Origin: an uncultured virus (IMG/VR IMGVR_UViG_3300006925_000013)
Lineage: Duplodnaviria > Heunggongvirae > Uroviricota > Caudoviricetes
IMG/VR virus record: IMGVR_UViG_3300006925_000013
Location: 51,187 to 71,186 of that record
Direction: 5' to 3' (one strand)
Length of the DNA stretch: 20,000 nucleotides
The translations under genes were made by a program, and so were the position numbers. The notes beneath the pieces were generated by a model, which saw only the letters and a program-made list of their open reading frames with translations, was not told where the DNA came from and did no database searches. This document shows, piece by piece, positions 14,959-20,000 of this stretch (positions are counted from its first letter, which is position 1; each line of letters starts with the position of its first letter).

Positions 14959-16018
14959 AAATCTATGGTCCTGTAATGAATGGGACACTCTCAAAGAAGT
15001 AATAATAGGAACGGCCGTAGACGCCAACATTCCACACGGAGACCTTTCGCACCACGCAACCAACTATGCCAACCTAAGTGCTGAACAGTATGCACAAATG
15101 CCTAAGGGTAGATACCCAGAGCATGTATATACCGAAGCAGAAGAGGACTTAGACGCATTGTGTAACGTTCTAAGCAACGATTTCGGTGTAAAGGTACATA
15201 GGCCTAACCTAAATGCTATAGACTTTACAGCGAACGTTAGCAACGGCTTATGGGACACAGACCAATATGAAGCATACTGTCCACGTGATAGTGTTACTGT
15301 GATAGGTGACAAAATCATAGAAGGTGCTATGAGTTTGAGAGCAAGGTACCATGAAACTTTTCTATTCAGAGACCTCTTTCAAGAGAAGATGATGGGTGGT
15401 GCCAATTGGTTACAGATGCCTAAGCCACGTTTACAAGATGATTTATTTAAAATACAGCCAGGCAGAGACCCAAGTGTAAACAACAATGAGCCTATATTAG
15501 ACCCTGCTAACCTCATACGCATGGGTTACGATATACTGTACCTTATATCCAATACAGGCAATGAAATGGGTGCTAAGTGGTTACAGAACGCACTAGGACC
15601 CGAATTTCGTGTACACATGATGCATGACTTATACAGTTGGGCTCATGTTGACAGTACAATTATGCCACTACGACCTGGACTAGTTATTCTAAATGCCAGT
15701 AGGGTTGATGCAGACAAGGTGCCAGCAATATACAAAGGTTGGGATATTATTTGGTATGACGAAGATATGTGTGTAGGGCAACCATGTTTAGAAGATTATG
15801 CTCCAGCAAGTAGTTGGATAGGTATGAATGTACTCAGCATAGACCCACAGCATGTATTAGTACCAAGTGATGAGATACACTTAATGAAGGCAATGGAAAA
15901 ACACGGTGTAACACCAGTGCCAGTTCAAATGCGTCATATGAGAACACTAGCAGGTGGTCCACATTGTGTGAGCCAGGACTTAGTTAGAGAAGGCAAACTA
16001 GAAAGTTACTGGAAATAG
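14945..16018 (+). CDS. amidinotransferase (glycine/inosamine-phosphate amidinotransferase family)
   Basis: NEWDTLKEVIIG, CPRD, SNTGNEMGAKWL, HVDST, IGMNVLS, GGPHC catalytic Cys. Confidence 0.9.
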   Translation: MTQNKNLWSCNEWDTLKEVIIGTAVDANIPHGDLSHHATNYANLSAEQYAQMPKGRYPEHVYTEAEEDLDALCNVLSNDFGVKVHRPNLNAIDFTANVSNGLWDTDQYEAYCPRDSVTVIGDKIIEGAMSLRARYHETFLFRDLFQEKMMGGANWLQMPKPRLQDDLFKIQPGRDPSVNNNEPILDPANLIRMGYDILYLISNTGNEMGAKWLQNALGPEFRVHMMHDLYSWAHVDSTIMPLRPGLVILNASRVDADKVPAIYKGWDIIWYDEDMCVGQPCLEDYAPASSWIGMNVLSIDPQHVLVPSDEIHLMKAMEKHGVTPVPVQMRHMRTLAGGPHCVSQDLVREGKLESYWK

Positions 16019-16020
16019 CA

Positions 16021-16050
16021 GTTGACTTTACCCCTTATTTTTAGTATAAT
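16021..16050 (+). promoter_or_regulatory. early-type sigma70 promoter
   Basis: TTGACT 16022-16027, 17 bp, TATAAT 16045-16050. Confidence 0.85.
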
Positions 16051-16080
16051 TATAGTATATTAAGTAGTTGAGTAGGAGTT

Positions 16081-16851
16081 ATGGAACTTAATTTAGAAGG
16101 TTACAAAGGTTTACTAGTAGTGGGCGATGTTCACTCAGTATTCTCTGACTTTGCTACTTCATATTCATATGCTCGTAAACACAATTTATATTACTTGCAA
16201 TTAGGTGATATATTAGATTACGGTCCAAAGCCTTTAGAAACCATGTTACTAGCAAAAGAAATACTTGATGCTGGACACGGTACTATTATACAAGGTAATC
16301 ACGATAACAAACTTTATCGTTGGGCAAAAGGCAATGACGTTAAATTAGGCAAACCTCAAAGAGATACTCTTGCAAGAGTAGACTTTGGTATAGATCTTTT
16401 TAAAGATTTAGTATTAGAAGTTGCATCTCAGCAACCGCTTTATGCTACTTACAAAGACTTTTTCTTTACACACGGTGGTGTACACCCTGAGTTTTGGGAA
16501 ACAAAAAAGATAACCAAGAAGTCTATGGAAAGTGTATTCTTATACGGTCAAGTTGATAACTCAAAGCAGGTTGAATACAACGGTCAAATGTATGCTCATA
16601 GAGTTTACGACTGGGCAGAAGCAATACCTAAGGGTAAAATAGTATTTGTTGGACACGATAGATCACCATTACAAAGTGAGCCTAACTTTGAAGACAACTT
16701 AAAAATGCCTTTAGTGTATTGGACAAAAAAAGAAGAAAGAGTAGTTTTCCTAGATACAGGTAGTGGCAAAGGCGGAACACTTAGTGGTGCCAAAATGACC
16801 TTTAATAACTACAATCAACTAGGAATTGAGACCTTTTTATCGTTCACTTAA
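16081..16851 (+). CDS. calcineurin-like metallophosphoesterase (PrpE/ApaH/Pnkp-phosphatase-like)
   Basis: GDVH, GDILDYGP, GNHD, THGG, VGH, LDTG motifs. Confidence 0.88.
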   Translation: MELNLEGYKGLLVVGDVHSVFSDFATSYSYARKHNLYYLQLGDILDYGPKPLETMLLAKEILDAGHGTIIQGNHDNKLYRWAKGNDVKLGKPQRDTLARVDFGIDLFKDLVLEVASQQPLYATYKDFFFTHGGVHPEFWETKKITKKSMESVFLYGQVDNSKQVEYNGQMYAHRVYDWAEAIPKGKIVFVGHDRSPLQSEPNFEDNLKMPLVYWTKKEERVVFLDTGSGKGGTLSGAKMTFNNYNQLGIETFLSFT

Positions 16852-16899
16852 AAACATCAGTTAATAAATAATACTTGTAAATTACCATTGGAGGAAAAA

Positions 16900-17190
16900 A
16901 TGGCAGATACAGAAAACACAGAGATTGTAAACGAAGAAGTTGAACAATCAGTAGAAGGAGATGCACCTGAGCAACAACAGGCTTCACTAAGCCTTGAGGA
17001 ACTCAATGCATTATTACAAATCGTTGATTTAGCAGTAAGCAGAGGAGCATTTAGGGGTGCAGAAGCATCACAAGTAGGTGCTGTTTTTGATAGGTTAAAT
17101 AATTTTCTTAGCATAGTTGCACAAAGTCAACAAGCAGAAGCAGAAGCAGATGCACCAGCAGAGGCAGAGGCTCCTGCAGAAGGAGAATAA
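16900..17190 (+). CDS. acidic hypothetical phage protein (start revised to ATG 16900)
   Basis: GGAGG RBS; helical core IVDLAVSRGAFRGAE. Confidence 0.8.
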   Translation: MADTENTEIVNEEVEQSVEGDAPEQQQASLSLEELNALLQIVDLAVSRGAFRGAEASQVGAVFDRLNNFLSIVAQSQQAEAEADAPAEAEAPAEGE

Positions 17191-17191
17191 T

Positions 17192-17827
17192 ATGGCTAAA
17201 GTAATGAAACACGTTGCTAAATGGAATGACCGTAAATGTCTAGTACTTTTTAGAGAAGTACCAGGCGAGCCTGAAAACGCACTATTAATTATGACTGGCG
17301 AACTTGGTACTACACAACACGACGAAATCGTGTCTGTTGTAGACAGCGATGAAGCACAGGCAAATAGTGACTTAGCACAGGTACTTAACGGTAGAAACTT
17401 TAGTGATGGCAGAATTATGCTACAGGCTATTCACAGTGATGGGATGATTACAAAGGCACCAGTAAGTGAAGTTATAATGTGTCCTACCCCAACTGATGAA
17501 GTTCCTTTAGCAGAACTAAATAAGTCTATTTCACAGATTGAAGAAGGTAAAGAAAACGAGAAACCTCAATTTGCAGACACATCGGAAATTGATGCAGTTA
17601 ATCAAGTTGAAAGACCTAGACAGTTATCAGAAAGAGAAGCAGACGAACAGTTAGGAATTGCTAAAGGTTTATTGGAACAAGCGGATATGATTGAACAAGA
17701 TATTGAAAGAGTTCAACAACAGATGATCGCAGATGCTAACAGTAAAAGAGAAGAAGCATACGCAAGAGCACCTGAATTAAAGCCAAAGCCAAAACCAGGC
17801 AGACCAAAGAAGACAGCAATTAAGTAG
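17192..17827 (+). CDS. hypothetical protein with a C-terminal AT-hook-like tail (start revised to ATG 17192)
   Basis: AAGGAG RBS; ends KPKPKPGRPKK. Confidence 0.8.
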   Translation: MAKVMKHVAKWNDRKCLVLFREVPGEPENALLIMTGELGTTQHDEIVSVVDSDEAQANSDLAQVLNGRNFSDGRIMLQAIHSDGMITKAPVSEVIMCPTPTDEVPLAELNKSISQIEEGKENEKPQFADTSEIDAVNQVERPRQLSEREADEQLGIAKGLLEQADMIEQDIERVQQQMIADANSKREEAYARAPELKPKPKPGRPKKTAIK

Positions 17828-17833
17828 GGAGTT

Positions 17834-18151
17834 ATGGGCCAAAGGAAAATAATCCTTACTCACAATTCCCAACTTAGCAACTTCGACCAACTGTTGAAAG
17901 ACATTTTTACGACAGAGATACCTAATGTCTTTGTCGATGAGATTATTTTGACTGATAAGAACGGAAATATTAGTAAGAAAACCGGCAAGGAAATTGATGG
18001 CCCTATACCATTAAATCCAAGTGTAGATTCACCTCTCTCAAAAATATGGAATCAAGAAACCACATCAGTAGAAGTTTTTCTTAATATTCAAAAGGTAGAA
18101 AAATTTGTTACGATGGAAACAAAAAAGTTATTAGATAAATTTGACGAATAA
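17834..18151 (+). CDS. hypothetical protein
   Basis: GGGAG RBS; 105-aa ORF. Confidence 0.7.
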   Translation: MGQRKIILTHNSQLSNFDQLLKDIFTTEIPNVFVDEIILTDKNGNISKKTGKEIDGPIPLNPSVDSPLSKIWNQETTSVEVFLNIQKVEKFVTMETKKLLDKFDE

Positions 18152-19053
18152 TGTTTTACCTACCTGAACAAGATTTACTTTTTATACACATACCTAGAAC
18201 AGGCGGAACGTCTTACAAAAGATTTTTAGAAAATTACGGCACTAACACAGACATAGAATTGTTTGACAATCACAGTCCTGTGCAAACTGCATGTTATTTT
18301 TTAGACAATGCAGATGCAAATACTAAACTATCCATTGTTAGAAATCCTTATGCTAGAGAAGTAAGTTTATGGAGATTTGGTAGAGCAGGTGCATTAGCGG
18401 CTTCTGATATGACATTCGAGTATTGGTGTCGTTGGAGGTTCCAAGGCAGACCTAAAGATGCATCTAACTTACTCACATACTTAGATCCTGTAACTGTAAC
18501 TGCTTTATGGGGTATGCATAAAACACCACAGATACTTTACTTAGTTGATGAAGATGCAAAATTACGAGTAGACTACATAGGCTGTTTTGAACGTTATGAA
18601 GAAATTTATGATTTCACTAGAAAGAAGTTCCACGAGGATTACGGATATGTAAAACATGTTGCAATGCAAAATGGAACTCCATGGACAAGGAAACTAAATC
18701 AAAGCGAAATGGATTGGCGTCTAATTTATGAACAACAAGAAAATACACAAGAAGTATTAGATATGGTGTATGAGTTTTATGATTGGGACTTTGAAACATT
18801 TGGTTACAACAAAGACTGGATGAATGAAGATGATTCCCCAAGTCGTAATATAGGTGAAATGCCAAAGCCTAGTTCAGATCCTTATATAGATATGATGTCA
18901 GATTGGCCACTTAAACAATTTTATGGTGATCGAAGAATATTACTTGCTGATGCATTAAGTTATAGATTCATGCCAGAAGGCAAAAATAGAGGTGTATTCT
19001 TACAAAACACTATCGGTCTTAAGATAGGTGATGTTACACTAAGAGAGGACTAG
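18151..19053 (+). CDS. sulfotransferase family (Sulfotransfer_2-like) protein
   Basis: FIHIPRTGGTS, IVRNPYAREVS, VDYIGCFE, YDWDFETFGY. Confidence 0.8.
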   Translation: MFYLPEQDLLFIHIPRTGGTSYKRFLENYGTNTDIELFDNHSPVQTACYFLDNADANTKLSIVRNPYAREVSLWRFGRAGALAASDMTFEYWCRWRFQGRPKDASNLLTYLDPVTVTALWGMHKTPQILYLVDEDAKLRVDYIGCFERYEEIYDFTRKKFHEDYGYVKHVAMQNGTPWTRKLNQSEMDWRLIYEQQENTQEVLDMVYEFYDWDFETFGYNKDWMNEDDSPSRNIGEMPKPSSDPYIDMMSDWPLKQFYGDRRILLADALSYRFMPEGKNRGVFLQNTIGLKIGDVTLRED

Positions 19054-19295
19054 TGCCACTAGATCAGAGTGCCCATGACCCAACCCAACCAAGATATTCA
19101 AACTGGTACAAAGTATTTGCATGGAAGCCTCGCACATTAACAAATGGCAAAAAAGTTTGGCTTAAATTCATATATAAAAGAACTATAATCATTGACTGGA
19201 TGCCACCTACATATCCTGCCAAAAAGTATTTTAATACACAATACACCGATATAAATGGTGTAATTAAAGACAAATTAGGCCAAAAAAACCGGTAA
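19053..19295 (+). CDS. hypothetical protein (GTG start)
   Basis: GAGGA RBS, TAGTG overlap; FAWKP...KKVWLK pattern. Confidence 0.65.
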   Translation: MPLDQSAHDPTQPRYSNWYKVFAWKPRTLTNGKKVWLKFIYKRTIIIDWMPPTYPAKKYFNTQYTDINGVIKDKLGQKNR

Positions 19296-19298
19296 AAA

Positions 19299-19330
19299 AG
19301 GTTGACCTCGACCCATTATTTTAGTATAAT
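19299..19330 (+). promoter_or_regulatory. early-type sigma70 promoter
   Basis: TTGACC 19302-19307, 17 bp, TATAAT 19325-19330. Confidence 0.85.
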
Positions 19331-19365
19331 AGTTGTATAAATTAAAAAGGTAGGAGATTTTAATT

Positions 19366-19884
19366 ATGCAAACTTTAGTAATAAACACCCAATACAGAGA
19401 GAACTATGCCGCTCATGATGATAATTATGAGCATGGTGTAAGTGAGGCTCACTGGAAGTATAAGGGTGGTAGCACTTATTTTGTTACTGATCTTACTTCT
19501 GAGCAAATCAACAAGATTGCTCATAAAGGTATCCCTACCTTATCCAAATTGATCGAATACTCGAATGAGGCTTCAGAAGAATATATCCTGGATTGGGAGA
19601 TCCGTGACCTTGGTAAAAATGGCGACGGCAAAGGTCCAATTTGCGAACCATGGGAAACTCCAGTAGAATTTTACTGGGGCGGAGACCGTTGGTTATGTCG
19701 TACCCATCACACTCCCAATCCTGAATATAGCCACTGGAACCGTGCTATCATAGGCAAGGCTGAACAATGGATACCATTACCTGAGCAGGGTAGATCAGAC
19801 TACAAATGTCAGTACAAGACCAAGAATGGTTGGTTTGATCAAAAAGATGCTCAACTGAAAAAAGAAGTGCAGGAGGCGGCATAA
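19366..19884 (+). CDS. hypothetical early protein
   Basis: GTAGGAG RBS behind an early-type promoter. Confidence 0.8.
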   Translation: MQTLVINTQYRENYAAHDDNYEHGVSEAHWKYKGGSTYFVTDLTSEQINKIAHKGIPTLSKLIEYSNEASEEYILDWEIRDLGKNGDGKGPICEPWETPVEFYWGGDRWLCRTHHTPNPEYSHWNRAIIGKAEQWIPLPEQGRSDYKCQYKTKNGWFDQKDAQLKKEVQEAA

Positions 19885-20000
19885 TGATTAAAGAAAGAAA
19901 TACAACTGTTCTTGCAAGTGACTATCAAAGCACTGAGCAACTTAAAAAATTTGTTAAGCATTGTACTGGTGCTAAAATGACACCAGTGAAAGGTAAGGAA
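19884..20000 (+). CDS. 5' end of a hypothetical protein (partial, MIKERNTTVLASDYQ...)
   Basis: AGGAGG RBS, TAATG overlap, frame open to the window end. Confidence 0.7.
   Translation, partial: MIKERNTTVLASDYQSTEQLKKFVKHCTGAKMTPVKGKE

Noticed and set aside
14945..16018. Calling the amidinotransferase an archaeosine synthase (ArcS/QueF-like)
   Set aside because: Motifs belong to the AGAT-type family, a different fold and chemistry; it lies 8 kb from the que genes
17133..17187. GCAGAA/GCAGAG short repeats
   Set aside because: Encode a low-complexity AEAEADAPAEAEAPAE tail; not a DNA repeat element
423..19273. Minus-strand ORFs in the track (e.g. 5025-5489, 6374-6688, 16857-17114) and 9025-9318 (+)
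   Set aside because: All lie within well-supported + strand genes and show no recognisable motifs; shadow ORFs
1..20000. Stop-codon recoding, CRISPR array, tRNA, intron/intein, transposase
   Set aside because: TAA, TAG and TGA all end full-length genes with coupled downstream starts; no spaced repeats, cloverleaf or interrupted genes seen

Overview
AT-rich, densely coding, almost entirely + strand segment of a large lytic tailed phage (T4-like/large myovirus-type gene content; no host housekeeping genes, integrase, tRNA or CRISPR seen). Recognisable genes: 7-deazaguanine precursor enzymes (QueD-like, FolE, QueE) with a co-transcribed purine phosphoribosyltransferase, three sulfotransferase-family proteins, a GalE epimerase, an Hc1-like basic protein, a T4 RNase H-like nuclease, a glutaredoxin, a YodL-like protein, a MoxR AAA + DUF2201/vWA pair, an amidinotransferase and a metallophosphoesterase. 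The non-coding DNA is the most informative part. Six sigma70 promoters share GTTGAC...TATAAT with exact 17-bp spacers, and five of them lead into the same extended RBS, GTAGGAG. A terminator-ended hairpin after the AAA gene displays the complement of that RBS (TTACTCCTAC) in its loop, which suggests a possible anti-RBS RNA switch. A 41-aa minus-strand gene missed by the ORF track sits behind Pho-box-like repeats. All family calls come from motif recognition by eye; no searches were run.
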